A stretch of DNA of 63,817 nucleotides, the filler included, from Reticulomyxa filosa (taxonomy: Eukaryota; Protista; Foraminifera), in assembly GCA_000512085.1 (NCBI GenBank). It is 21 parts of 21 records of this genome, joined end to end, with 100 filler letters (N's around TTAATTAATTAA, not from the genome) between each part and the next. Parts side by side here need not be neighbours in the genome. Positions count along the whole stretch, not along the records: positions 45,237 to 55,125 come from ASPP01007755.1; positions 55,226 to 56,226 come from ASPP01039385.1; positions 56,327 to 57,995 come from ASPP01037579.1; positions 58,096 to 60,266 come from ASPP01001391.1; positions 60,367 to 61,486 come from ASPP01021971.1; positions 61,587 to 62,586 come from ASPP01049258.1; positions 62,687 to 63,817 come from ASPP01034706.1; 14 more parts are not named here. One strand, given 5' to 3'. The first letter of the stretch is position 1. Every line of letters begins with the position of its first letter. A program made the translations under genes and the position numbers. The notes under the pieces are model-generated. The model was not told the DNA's origin. It saw nothing but the letters and a program-made list of their open reading frames with translations, and ran no database searches. Shown here in pieces: positions 50,187-63,680 of this stretch.

Positions 50187-51544
50187 ATGGGCAATCAAAG
50201 CGTAACCCTCTTTCAACCTTTGAAAGATTTGCTTACTCCACTTTCGCACTCTCAATGTGTGCTGCATAAACATGAAATCCTCATTTGTGGAGGCGTTGAT
50301 AAAAAAGATTGCTATCTTATCATACACTCAAAAACGAATACAAGCTTATCTGTAAGTATCCAACGGATGTTACATTAAAAGGACACTGTGTAGTGAAACT
50401 GGTAGATAGCAACAACAAAGACAGAAATCAAATTACTTTATTGTCTTTTGGCGGAGAATATAAACATACATTGGTGATGAAATATGTAAGTGTTTGGGGT
50501 GATGACAATAACAGCGATAATGACAATGAAATAAATAAATTGAAGAAATCAAAGAAGTCAAGCAATTACAATGAATGGGTCCATTTCACAGACAATCACA
50601 ATAATCCAACTAACATTCGAATAGGTGACGATTATAATGGAGTGCGTGCAGTGATTGGTGGAAGCAGTAATCATTTGTTATTTATCACAAATAATCCAAA
50701 GAATATTAGTGTGTTTGATTTAAGCACGTTTCAATTTATTAAACATGATACTTTACCGACAAATAAAAAAATAAGCAATCATTGCTTTATATCAAAGCCA
50801 GAAAATGGACAAGGAATATTGAAATCAAATGAAAAAAAAAAAAGAAAAATTTTTATGAAATGCTGTTGTTTTGTTATAATACAGGATTATCAATTGAATA
50901 TGATGAAGATAATAACACTTTTCAATTTCATAAACTGCCTGTTTGTAATGATATTGCACTATTCAATGGATACGCGTATGTGTATATCAACGATTCCATT
51001 TTGTTCTTTGGTGGATCGAATTATCCGCATATTTCAAAATTAGTGCACAAATATTCAATTCAAGAAAACAAATGGATGACATTTCGAAATGCTTTGCCCA
51101 GTCCATTGTATGGAAGTGTTGCAATATTGAGTGAAGACAGCATGTATGTGCATATAATTGGAGGATCGAATGGAGAAGATGTGTCAACACACATGAAAAC
51201 TCAAGTGAGTGAATGGTTGAGCGAAAAAGAAATAAAAAAAGGAATTGAATTAAAAGTGAAAAAAGAAGAAGAGAATGAACAACAGGACAAAGCGAAAGAA
51301 GAAACTAATGTTAAGCATTATATTCTGTTGTGATTATATTCAAGAGATATTGCTTTTTAACTGTGTAAATAAAAAATTCATTTGATAAAAAAAAAGTATC
51401 AATTAAGAAAAGGCAATACATAAATTATAATTTATGTTTTTTTTTTTTTTTTTTTTTTGAAATAGGACGCAAAAGAAGAAAAAGACAAACAAAACGAAAA
51501 AGAAAAAAAATAACAAAAATGACATCTATGTTATAAATGTATAC

Positions 51545-51575
<31 letters not shown>

Positions 51576-52917
51576 TTGCTGTACTTTTTTTCATTGCATT
51601 GTATTATTGTATTATGTATGCGAGACAATAACAAAAAATAGGCAAACTACGACAAATGGATGAAATGGTGGAATGAAAGAAAACAAAAAGAAAAAACAGA
51701 GATAATTGAAACATTTAAAACAATGTCAAATGAACAATTTGAAGTGTGGTTATTGAACGAGTGCGAATGGAAACATGAGATCACAAAAGATGATATTGGT
51801 GCGTTTGTTTTTCCATTGATAAATATCTTAACTCCGCAACGACAAATCAAGACAGCAAAGAAAAGGAAGTTAATTGATTTGTCTCTTTTTACTTTGCGTT
51901 TGATTGAGTGTAATAACAATACGTGGATAGTTGACAGCATATGTGATAATGGATGAAACAAAAAAATTGGTAAAAATGAAAGAACTGACTTTTGAAGAAC
52001 TTCTTCACCAAGCTTATAATTGTTTAGAATCAAAGGCTTTCCAAAAAATCAACAAAGAAAATTTAAAACTGCAATTGGTTGATATGAAGAATGATATTAT
52101 TGAATCAGATGAAGCTGTGAAGAAAGAATTTGAAAATGATGAGCCTACATTTAAAGTTATTTGGACTTCATTTCAACAACCAGTAATGCTCGGAAGAACA
52201 AAAACAATAAAAGATGCATTGGTGATAATGATTGCTATTAGCGAATATGATGATAATAACATATGGAAAAATCTTAAAAATGTGAAGGAAAAGGACGTTA
52301 AGAATTTCAAACAATTGTTTGAACAAGAATTGAATTATGAAATTGTGTGCAATCCATCTCCAAAGATGACGAAAGATGAAATCGATGAGTTCATTGAAAA
52401 AGTAAAAATCAATTTCAAACTTCGCAAAAACACTAATAACTATGATGGAGTAATTATTATCATTTGTGGACACGGAGAAAATGGAAATATGTTAGTTGCA
52501 AGTGATGGAAAATATGTATCAATTGATAGAATACGTTCATCATTTAATTGTCATGAAATGGAGTCATTCAAAGACTTCCCTAAAATTTTTATCATTGATG
52601 CTTGTCGTGGTGAAAATATTCCAAAAGCCCATGAAATTGCAAAAAGAGGAAATGAGATATCCTATGGCCACAATGACGATGGATTTTTGATAATTTGGTC
52701 AACTACAAAAGGACATCAAGTAGCTGATTTGTCGTTGTTGAGTGAATGCATTAAAAAAGTTGTTGTGTCAAAATATAAGAGTGGCTATCCATTTAAACAA
52801 ATGCTCCAAGATATTAGGACAGAAATTCGAAGCAATAAAAATAGTGAATGGTATTGTGTAGAAAGTCAAGATACCACTGATTATGACATCATTTTTCAAT
52901 CAAAAAAATCTGTATAA
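50187..52917 (+). CDS. Kelch-like beta-propeller + caspase-like (C14) protein, multi-exon
   Basis: EILICGG, LLSFGG, ILFFGG and VHIIGG kelch-like repeats. C-terminal ALVIMIAISEY..IICGHG (His 52471)..PKIFIIDACRG (Cys 52603). Three single-base frameshifts lie in homopolymers. Confidence 0.85.
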
Positions 52918-54487
52918 ATTTTTATTAGTATTATTTTTGCTTGTCTGTTTGTTTATATGTCTCAAATGATCGGGACAATCCAACTCGCCTAATTAAGTAC
53001 TTTGTTTTGTTGTGATCACATAAACATTTCTCACAACTGTAATGTATCCATCCGATTGCACATATTTTCTCGTCTGGCAGCTTACAACAATAAAAGATCG
53101 ATTGTGTTACGAGGACACCAAACAAAGAGTGTTGGCCAAACCTATTCTTTTTTAAACTTTCAGTATGTTTGTTATTGTTTATAATTATTTCTTCTTAACA
53201 ATATTGCTTTCAAAATAAAATATTTTCTAAAGATGATGGAATTTGTCTGCTTATTTTATTATAGTAAGATGTAAAATACAATAAATTACAATTCATGACA
53301 AGAATTAAAAGGAAAAAGAAAAATTTGGTTAATGACATCGAATGTACCTTCTGACATGGAATTACTTGATTAAATTGTTGTATATATTAAAGCATTTTGA
53401 CAACCTCTGCGTTGATTTAAAAAAGTTCAAGCATTTTTCCCTCTTGCATCCCAATCGAAAGATTGCTGAAAAAGTAGCTGCTTTTCAAAATGAAAAACTA
53501 ACTTCAACGCGACAATCATTGGTAAGTGTCAATTTAATCTTTGGGAGAGCCAGTTGTCTTTAAGTAAATATTATTTTTTGTGTAAACGTTCAACTAAAAA
53601 GAAACCAAAGGTGATGATTACTGTGGTATTAATCTGTGTTATGATTCCAATTTGTATTTGAGAATAGTATCATTTTTTCAAAAATTTTTGAGTGATCTGA
53701 TTTTTTTTTGGATTGAAATTTTTCAATCGACCGACATAATATTTTTTTTTGAGTGCTGTCGGAAGAATTCTGTTATTTTATTTATGTGTTGTGTTTTGAT
53801 TTCATTGCATTGACAATATTCAGTAGACTGTAACAAATAAAACTAAATTCCTAAGTTACTTTATCACGATGAAGTGATAGAAGGCAAAGTCAAAATATAA
53901 CTTAAAGCAATCAAATAATAATAAAAAAGATAGTCTAAATTATTACAGCAATAACAACGACATTAAAAAATAAATTTTGCAAGTTCGGCTAAACAAAGAA
54001 AGAAAAAAAGTCAAAGGCAAGTGCAAAATTTGTTGTTTTTTTTTAATTGATTGATGGTTTTGGCTTTGGTTGCACAAGTGGTTACAATTGTAGATTTTTT
54101 GAAAATGAAAATATAGCATGTTTCTTTGGTGCAATCTGTTTGATGATCTTTACAAGTTGTGCAATTATTTAGTTTGTTTCTTTCAAACTAAGGAAAAAAA
54201 ATAAAAAATCGAAAGAAAAAGGTGGAAACAAAAGCATGTAAAATCTTGAAAGTAAAGCAAATTTGTTGTACTTATTGCAACAAAGCAAGATGGATGTGAT
54301 ATCTAAGAATTGGAGCCAGCGTTGTTAAAAAAAAAAAAATAATAATTGATAACTATTCCATCCAAATTATTTCCATGGGTACACATGATAATTAAAAAAA
54401 AAGTTTCAAGTACCAAGAAAAAGCAGATATATATTTATTTATTTATTTTTGTAATGACTCTTATTTTATTGCACTCTAAAAAAAAGT

Positions 54488-55125
54488 TTACCGGAGAGCA
54501 AGTGACACAATGCATACGCAAAACTCGCCAAATACAACGGCAAAGGCCAATGTGTTGGAAGCCCCTTTTTTCGATTCGCTAAACATAGATACGGAGAAAG
54601 CACCCGTCTGCGCATTGGCAGCGGTGATAACACAACTATTTCCATCGAAATACCAAGGCATAATGCAGAAAAGTCCGACTCCAGATTCCTCGCCTACAAT
54701 ACAATCTGAAATCAACAACAGCCCAATAGGCCACTCAAAGTTGACGGCAATAACGATAAGGGTGATAATGTTGCCCGCGGCAGGGATTATCCAGGCAAAA
54801 GGATCCAACATCCGGAGCTGCGCATTTCGCACAAATATAAAATCATCATCGAAAAAATGGAGTAATACAACAACGAGTAAATGAAGCATCCATTAGAGGC
54901 TTGATTATGTCGGACCATGGCGGCAATGATACATATGCAAGCCAAGAGTTTGTTCGCAATGACAAGTTTTGCAACTCCAATTTTCACAAATACACTCTGA
55001 ATTTCTTTGAATATATAATACAAAAATTCGAATATTTTGAATAGAAATGGCAACGAACACACAATAAGTTCATAGAACACAAATCCATTGATACTGCCAA
55101 ATGAATCAAAGTTATTATCGTTCAT
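54488..55125 (-). CDS. Multi-pass membrane protein fragment
   Basis: Two overlapping hydrophobic ORFs with coding-like composition, cut by the contig end. Confidence 0.4.
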
Positions 55126-55225
55126 NNNNNNNNNNNNNNNNNNNNNNNNNNNNNNNNNNNNNNNNNNNNTTAATTAATTAANNNNNNNNNNNNNNNNNNN
55201 NNNNNNNNNNNNNNNNNNNNNNNNN

Positions 55226-56226
55226 AAGTATTCAATTCGAGAAAACAAATGGATGACATTTCAAAATATTTTACCCAGTCCATTATGTCATTGTGTTGCA
55301 ATATTGAGTGAAGACAGCACGCATGTGCATATTATTGGAGGAGAAAATGATAAATACGATTCAATGTCAACACATATGAAAACTGAAGTTCGTGAATGGT
55401 TGAGTGAAGAAGAAATGAAAAAAGGAACTGAATTGAAAGTGGAAGAAGAAAAAGAAATAAAAAAAAATGAAGTGGAAACAATAGTAAACAAAGTAAAAAA
55501 AGATAACAATGTTGAGCATTGATTTGTAACTGGAAAATGAAAGATAATTTTGAATTAACAAATTAGTGAATGTAAATTATGTTATTTTTTTTTTTTGAAA
55601 TAGAACGCAAATGAAATGAATGAAAAAGGACAAAACGAAAATGACATCATTGTTATAAAATATATTTATTTGTCTGTTATATTGTATTATATTATACGTT
55701 AAACAAAAAAAAAAAATAAAATAGGAAATAAACAAAAAATGGATGAAATGGTGGAATCAAAGAGAAAAAAACGATAAAACAGAGATAATTCAAAAATTCA
55801 AAACAATGCCAAATGAACAATTTAAATTATGGTTATTGGATGAATGCAAATGGAAAAATCAAATCACAAAAGATGATATTACTTCTATTCTTTTTTCAAT
55901 TGATGTTTATCTTGCTCTGATCACAGCCAATGAAGACAGAAAAGAAGAAAAGGAAGTTAATAAATTGTTTATTATTTTACTCTTACTTTTTTCATCTGAA
56001 TTACAATAACAAAATACAAAAATAGTTGACAACATATGTGAAAGTGGATGAAAGAGAAACATTGATAAAAATGAAAGAACTGACATTTGAAGAACTTCTT
56101 TGTCAAAGTTATCATTGTTTGGAATGGAAAGATATTCAAAAGATGAGAAATAAACATGTAAAGCTTGATTTGGAGAATATGAAAGGTAATATTATTGAAT
56201 CAGACAAAGATGTGAAAAGAGAATTT
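55226..56226 (+). CDS. Paralog of the kelch-caspase gene, internal fragment
   Basis: Exon-for-exon match to 51050-52135: KYSIRENKWMTFQNILPSPL..VHIIGG..WMKWW..MKELTFEELL. Confidence 0.88.
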
Positions 56227-56326
56227 NNNNNNNNNNNNNNNNNNNNNNNNNNNNNNNNNNNNNNNNNNNNTTAATTAATTAANNNNNNNNNNNNNNNNNN
56301 NNNNNNNNNNNNNNNNNNNNNNNNNN

Positions 56327-57995
56327 GAATAGGCATGCCCCCATCAAAAAATAAAATATTTGTCTCCTCCCCTCCCTGTTCAAGAAAAAAAATAGGAAAA
56401 TTGGAATGAGAGCTTTTAGCTCAAATGCAAAAGTATATTTGTTTTTTGTTTGTTTTTTTTAAATGAAAAAAATTACTTTTATGAATGTGCAAATAGGAAC
56501 CAAAGTCAAATCGCAATTGGAAAGTTGTTTTTTTTTTATGTTTTATATATTATATTTGAGAGGGAAAAAAACAAGTGGGAAAATGGTTGGAAAAAGATTG
56601 GAAAAATTGTTGGGAGAAGATGGGAAAAAGATGGGGAGATAGTTGGGAAAAGATGTGGAAAAATGATAAAAATTTTATTTAAGAAAACTAGAAAAATGTA
56701 TATAAATTTTATTTAAGAAAAATTTAAAAAATTAGAAAAAAATAAAAAAGAATGAGAAATAAAAAATGATAAATATTGAAAAATTTTAAAAAATGACAAT
56801 TTGAAAAAAAAAGACTAAAAAGAGAAAAATAAAAAGAGAATAAAAAGAGAAAAAAAAAGAGAAAAAAGCAAAAGGGATAAAGGGATGGAAATGAATAGAA
56901 GAAAAAAAATGGTAAGTATGTATCGCTTTGTAAATAACTAGTCAGATGGATTTGTTGAATTTTGCTATAGAATATTCTTCATACCAGAAACGCGCAAAGT
57001 CGCCACTCGTAGGCGTGGAACAACTTCAAATATCGCGCCACAATGGAAACTCTAAACGATTGTGTCAATTTCAAGCAGTGGCAGTTCGAAGCATTGTAAA
57101 GAGCATTTGGCATCAACACAGGCGCACAAAAGTTTCTACGAATAATAGTTGGCGCAGCAAAGCACCAAAGAAGGTGTCGAACTGTGATCTAGGCGCCAAT
57201 GAACAGCGAACACTTGGCCGTTATGAAAATCGCGCTAATTTTGATAACGCAAAGATTGAGTATCCGTGTAAAAACTGGTTGTGCGCGCACATTCGCAACT
57301 TATGTTTTGGGCCTTGCGTATACTGATGATAGAGACCGTGAGCTCGCAAAATATTGGACATTGTTAATTGGTGAAGAAAGAAAGAGAGCTAGTTGTATTT
57401 TCCGGGTCAGTCGATGCAAGATTTGTATGCCTTGCGTTCGGCAAAGATAATATGCGTTTGTTCGACAAATTGCCTCCGAGATCAACTACGTGTTGGGTAG
57501 CTTGCAAAAAAATCAAGAAGTGGAAGACGAAGAATGAAAGAGAGTGAACATGGTTAAAAAAATAATCGACATTGCGATCGAGCAACAACTACATCGGGAG
57601 AATCATCCTATGTAAGAACGCTTTGCCGAAACTCCAAGACACCGGCAAGAAAGAAGAGAAAGATGGGGATGATGATGATGAGAAGAAAAATAGTGTCAAA
57701 TCAGTATCAAGTTGGATTTGCTTAAAGAAAAAAAAAAAAAACAAACAGTTGGCTGGCTTTATTGTAATTTGTTATTGATTTGCCCTTTATGTCCCGAAAG
57801 CGCAAAATCGCCACTCGTGGACGTATACTAGCTTCAAGTAGCCCCCCCTCCCTCCCCCCTATCCCCCAATGGAAAGTGTAGCAGTGGTGGCACGAAAATT
57901 TGTTTACCATCCAACGTAAACAGACACAAGTTTCTGGTGCTGTATCACGCCAACAAGTAGCGGCAAAGATGGTGTCGAACTTCGAGCTACTGGTG
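56327..57995 (+). repeat. Second copy of the head + purine tract + beta-adaptin-like pseudogene repeat; internal units start at ~56988 and ~57795
   Basis: gcgcaaagtcgccactcgt..ggtgtcgaact occurs twice, about 0.8 kb apart. ORF remnant YVLGLAYTDDRDRELAKYWTLL resembles beta-adaptin YILNL..D..D.RDR..Y..LL. Confidence 0.7.
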
Positions 57996-58559
57996 NNNNN
58001 NNNNNNNNNNNNNNNNNNNNNNNNNNNNNNNNNNNNNNNTTAATTAATTAANNNNNNNNNNNNNNNNNNNNNNNNNNNNNNNNNNNNNNNNNNNNATTTA
58101 AAAACTACAAGACTTGTAGATATTTAAAAAAAAAATTAGGTCTAAATGTTGATTTTTCATTGAGAAAATCAATTATCATCATAAGATATGTTTTAGGCGT
58201 TCAGTTTTCTTTGCAACCTAATGTACTAATATTTGCAAGGACCTTTCAAAAAACAATAACTCAGTAAGTTTGTTCATTGTGCTTATTTCAGTTTCCGTGA
58301 AAAATGTTTGATTACGAAAATATTTTGCTTATTTTAGTTTCTGTGGTTTTTTACCTTTTGTTAAAGACCAAACGCATTTTTCGATTTTTGGGTGTGTTGA
58401 TATCATTTTGAAAAAAAGTTGGCAAATGTTTATTATGTTTTTGCTGTCTATTGCAATATTTTCATTGTAAAATTGTTTGTTACTTTGTCAGTGAGAAAGA
58501 GTTCAATTGATTGTTGAGGGTAATCACAGAGTTGGACGACCAAGTTCGAAGTTGATATC

Positions 58560-60266
58560 TGCAATAGCTCCACTTATACAACCACACTTATACAATTAAT
58601 TCAAACAAACAAGCGTACATTTGTTTTGCAGGCAGAGTTCACGACGCTCTTCAAAAAAATCATTCAAAATAAGAGTATTGATACAATTCAAGTCAGTTTT
58701 TTTTTTTTTTTGAAAGCATAAACTCCACTTTGTCAAAAAAAATAAAAATCGTGATGTCTCAGGCAAAAAGTGTAAAATTGGAATATTAACACCGAGATAA
58801 GAGATACCTCTCTCCAGCTGGATTTGTGAATATTGTGTTGATATGTCCAATTGCGTCCTCAACAAACAAGCAAAAGAAAGCTTTTTGATTTTTAATAGCA
58901 AAAGGGGCAGATTTGAGCGTCTAAAAAGCGCAAATCACTTGTTCATGTGTTGAATTACCGACATTACAATAGGTTCATCTTCTCGTGTTGATATTTTATT
59001 TTTAATATTTCTACTTCTACTCCTGCTTCTACTAGGACTAAAGCGTTTATAGAGTGTTTTGTGTTCGTGACTGTCCCGATCTCTTAGCCGTTCTTTCATT
59101 CTTATTCTGTTTCTATCTCTTTCTCTATCTCTGTTCCTATTTCTATCCCTATCTCCATTTCTATTATTCCGTGTATTAAGTGTATTTTGTATGCGACCTG
59201 TTCGTTCCATGTCTCTTCGATGATGTGCCTGTGTACGAAAAGACTCCGTCCATATTTGGTCGGCATTTTCTTTGTGTTTATTGGGATGTCGGAACGACCG
59301 TGTCACAAATCCGTGGACACTCTTATCAAGTAGCTCGTCCTTTGTCTCCTCTGTCAACTTGTTTGTCTTGAGCCACTCCAGAATATTTTGGAGTAGCCAG
59401 TTGATATTTTGTTCATCAAACACTTGGCTCCAATGCAATTTCGAGGTTTTTTCGCCACTTTGGATTTTATCCTCTTTCCTTGCATTGTTATTGTCAGTGT
59501 CAGTGTCATTTTCATTGTCACTTATTTCCTCATATTCAAACTCTTTCAGTCTCTCTCCGAATATCGCCCTTTATAAATTTGTACACGTGCAAAGAAATTG
59601 TATTTTACCAACTAGGAGTGAGTCTAATAAAAAAAAAAAAAAAAAAGAAACTTTTTCATGTCCGGAGACAACCGAGGGGGTCTGAACAAGTTAGTTTGCT
59701 CTTCGAAGAGTTTATGAATTCGTGCTTTTGATTGTGTGCAAAGCCGATTGGAATCATTGGGACATTCTTGCGCAAACAATTCGTTCGGTTTCCAACATAC
59801 AAAATTAGTTTTCCAATTGATTCCATTTGACTTTAATTTTGAATTCGAATTTTGATTTTGTTCATTTTGTTCATTTTGATTCTGACTTGGGCTTGGGTTA
59901 GAATCGGGATTTGAATTGGAGGTCATTTGAGCAGAAATGATTCGAGGTGCAGTAATCAAGCAATGTTCAGTGATGGCTTGATATTGAGATCGAATATTGG
60001 CCAACACTTTCAAGTGTGATTTGGAGTTCTGCAGCCATTCGACAAAGTATTTCAACAGTAATTGTTGCTTTCTCTGCTCTTTCAAGTTATTCATTTTTTC
60101 TTCTTGCTTCATACGTTCCTTCTCCATTTCCTTCTCCAGCGTCGCAATCGTTTCCATTTCTTCTTGCGCTTGCGCCTGCACGTCCAGCATCGTCGCATCT
60201 GTGGACAATTCAGTCTGTTGTCCTACGGATATCACCTGTCTTTTGCTACGATTGTTGTTATTGTTA
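58560..60266 (-). CDS. Hypothetical multi-exon protein with a coiled coil and RD/RS-rich tracts, 5'-truncated
   Basis: ORFs 59624-60235 and 58935-59438 carry RDRNRNRDRERDR and SPSRSRSRSR. Confidence 0.5.
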
Positions 60267-60485
60267 NNNNNNNNNNNNNNNNNNNNNNNNNNNNNNNNNN
60301 NNNNNNNNNNTTAATTAATTAANNNNNNNNNNNNNNNNNNNNNNNNNNNNNNNNNNNNNNNNNNNNTCAATTATCATCATAAGATATCGTTTTAGGCGTT
60401 CAGTTTTCTTTGCAACCTACGTAATAAAGGAGAATATAATAATAATAATATAAATTGGATATATTTATATGATCATACAAATAAT

Positions 60486-60690
60486 ATGTTATTTGATTAT
60501 AATGAATCACAATCAATTGAATTTGTGGTTAATTTTGCAAATTCTTATGCTGGATTTGGAATTTCTGGAATACAAGAAGAAATGTGTAATTATGGCATTT
60601 GCACCAAGTCCAATGAAATATAGACAAATTATTGCTATTCAAAATATGTATGTGATTGCAAAATTATGGAAAAAATTTTGCTTTTGAAAA
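60486..60690 (+). pseudogene. PARG-like (poly-ADP-ribose glycohydrolase) catalytic-motif fragment
   Basis: FVVNFANSYAGFGISGIQEE, then in a shifted frame VIMAFAPSPMKYRQIIAIQN, compared with PARG VDFAN..GGG..QEEI..PE..M..EAI.I.G. Confidence 0.5.
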
Positions 60691-62739
60691 ATGTTTTATA
60701 AATAATTGTTGTAAATATAAAAACAATGACAATAATAATAATTATTATTATTTACAATCTAAGGATGTTTTTTAAAAAAAGAAAATCAAGTGTATTTTCC
60801 TTTTCATTGTTAATTATGTTGTGCAATTTGGTAAAAAATGTTTTTTCAAAAATCACTCACAAAGCAAGACCTTTGGTTCAAAATTTATCCGGTCGCATCT
60901 TTATTTTTTTAAAAGATCGACTGACAGGGAAAAGATGCAGTAACTGCTGACTCATATGTTTGTGCTTAGAACAGTGTAGCTCAACTAATTGTTTGCTATT
61001 TTTTTGAAATTACAGCAGCCTAAAAAGGTTCCCACTGCTGTTGTTTGGTTTATTTCAACATTAAATAATGCCAATAATTTTCAAGTTGGAAAATAGAACA
61101 TATTTTAAGTAAATCAAAATTTGAAAAAAATGCAATAACTCACTCACAACAATAGCTTACTATTGATACTTTCGGATCAAATAATCCTTTTGTCGCTGAT
61201 TTCTTAATTATTCAAAAAATATGTAAAAAAAAAAATAACAAACAATTAAATGTCACATATTTATTGGCTTCTCAGTCTTTTTAAATCGAGCATAACTTTA
61301 AAAAATAAAATGTTTAAAACTATTTCTAAGATAAAATCAATACAAATTAAAATCAGCGTGCATAATTTCCATTTGCTTATGCAATCAATCACACCATAAT
61401 ATACACATCATAACGTGTTTAATTAATGATCTTCATTGTTACAAAAAATTTTAAAAAATAGGCCAAAAAAGGGAAAATCGAAAAAGNNNNNNNNNNNNNN
61501 NNNNNNNNNNNNNNNNNNNNNNNNNNNNNNTTAATTAATTAANNNNNNNNNNNNNNNNNNNNNNNNNNNNNNNNNNNNNNNNNNNNACGTCTATACACAA
61601 CAGAACTGCAATTTGCATTAGCGCTGGCGTTGACAAAAAAAAAAAGTGGAGTGGCAATGGAACATCCAAGTTGAATTAAACGCATATGACGAAAACAGTG
61701 ATATTGTAGACTGCATTGCAAGCATTACATTCCGTGCATTGCGTACTTCTTTCGAACAATCCATTTGGAACATCTTCAATACCACCGAATCGAATAGATA
61801 TCCATGATTAACAAGAAGATGAATCCATATAACGTGACTCCGAACTTGACATAAGAGATTGTCACGATCAACACTTTTCGACTACGTATGATTCGACACG
61901 CGAAAGAATGACAGCGAATCTAAAACTTTGTTCAATATGATGTCCAAGCCCACTCGTCACACGACTTCGCTTGACTGTATTGGTATCCAGTCATTGCATC
62001 GTCCCGTGTTTGCAATTAAATAATTGGTCCAAGATATTCGCATCCTCCACCCGATGGATAATTTGAACGATCATATTATAATATTTCCACATATCAATCC
62101 TGTGTTGTCACGTCCTACGTTATACTCACGATGCAAATATCAACCAAGAGTAACCCACATTTGATACTGCAAAACGTAATATACCATAGAAAGGACAAAC
62201 TGGCTCTTGTTGTACAAAAGACTTCACGCCCATGCAATGATAATAAGATCTTCCTCCTCCTTCACTCTTGAGAGCTTGTCGCCATCTGTCAGCACAAGTC
62301 ATCTGCAATAGCTCTGCATCACTCTACAAATGTTAACGGATATGCGCAATATAATTATTTTTGCACAACTACGTACCGTGAGTTTGCACACTTCAATTCG
62401 CAATGGCTCCATCTTTGTTGCTTGTTGTGTCAGTTTGAAGAATATCCCATGTACTTTGTAGTCGGGGATCTTTGTCGTCGTACTTTCGTATCCAGTATTT
62501 AAAGCCATTTATACGACAAACACGCTCTTGTTCTTTACTGTAGACACAATTCATCCGCGGGCAATATAACCTGTACAATCGAAAAANNNNNNNNNNNNNN
62601 NNNNNNNNNNNNNNNNNNNNNNNNNNNNNNTTAATTAATTAANNNNNNNNNNNNNNNNNNNNNNNNNNNNNNNNNNNNNNNNNNNNTTTTTATGTTGTTG
62701 CATCCTTCCCTTCCCCCCCCTTTTTTTTTTCTTTTGGAC

Positions 62740-63680
62740 TTTATTACTGAACAACAAAGAAGAGATAAGGAAGCTTTACTACTTTTTTTGTTGATATGAT
62801 TCAATGTATAGCAATACAAAAAGGCACGCGAAATATTTTTGAGTAGACTGAGGGAATTTAACCAAATGAAACAAACGCTCTCGAAGCATGTGAGTGTGAA
62901 TAGCATTGACATTGATATTGACATCGACATTGACGTGGACGTGAACATGAGTGCAAATGAGAATATGCACATATTCAACACACAGACTAGTGACCAAGGA
63001 AGCTCATGCTTCGCGTCGATGTCAGCGTCGATGCCAAAACCCACGTCCGTGGACTTGTTTCATTTGTATTTGCTGGTAACCAAACGAGGGGGATTTGTTG
63101 CAGTTTAGTTCATTACTATTGATCGAGAGAGAGAGAGGGGGGGGGAAGAGGATTGGAGAAGGGGATGGGAAAAAAAAAAAAAAGTTTACATTTTTTTTTT
63201 TTTTTTTTAAATGCAAAGACATGTGAAAATAAAGGTTGGACGGAAATTGTAGAGGAAATAAAATTTTCGATTGATATGGAGTTGCAGTGCCGAATCCATT
63301 CCGTGAAACAAATTTACGAGGAATACTTGTGGACTTATGAACAGGAGCATTTTAATAGAGACAACGATGACGTGCACTACTTGGAACATGATCAAGATGT
63401 TCTCTCCATTCTTACGTCGTACCCATTGCTGACGATGCAAAAACACAATGACAATAACAATAATGATGATGATAATAATGATGGTGATGATAATGATGAT
63501 GATACTGATGGTGATGAAAATGGCAAAGAAAAACATGCCAATCGTAATGACCCCCCGAATGCATGTCCCAAGCTTTTCATTCAATTGCCTTCGCTGCACA
63601 ATTCGAGCAAAACTGTTGTCGATGTGCAGACGTTTGTTCGAACTTTGGAGGGGGAGCGCCATTTCAATGCAGTTTATATA
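62740..63680 (+). CDS. Hypothetical protein fragment with (DI)n and D/N-rich tracts
   Basis: Two coding-like ORFs separated by a probable intron; no family recognised. Confidence 0.4.

Noticed and set aside
50300-51830. Widespread programmed frameshifting in eukaryotic genes
   Set aside because: The shifts examined (~50315, ~50840, ~51810, also ~20260) fall in homopolymers and are fixed by one base. The paralog at ~55890 keeps the frame. Sequencing error is the simpler explanation.
58096-58130. CTAC..GTAGAT hairpin resembling a Cas12a direct repeat
   Set aside because: Single dispersed copies in eukaryotic DNA, with no repeat-spacer periodicity and no cas genes.
60486-60690. ART plus PARG as a linked toxin-antitoxin module
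   Set aside because: They lie on different contigs, and order in this window is arbitrary.
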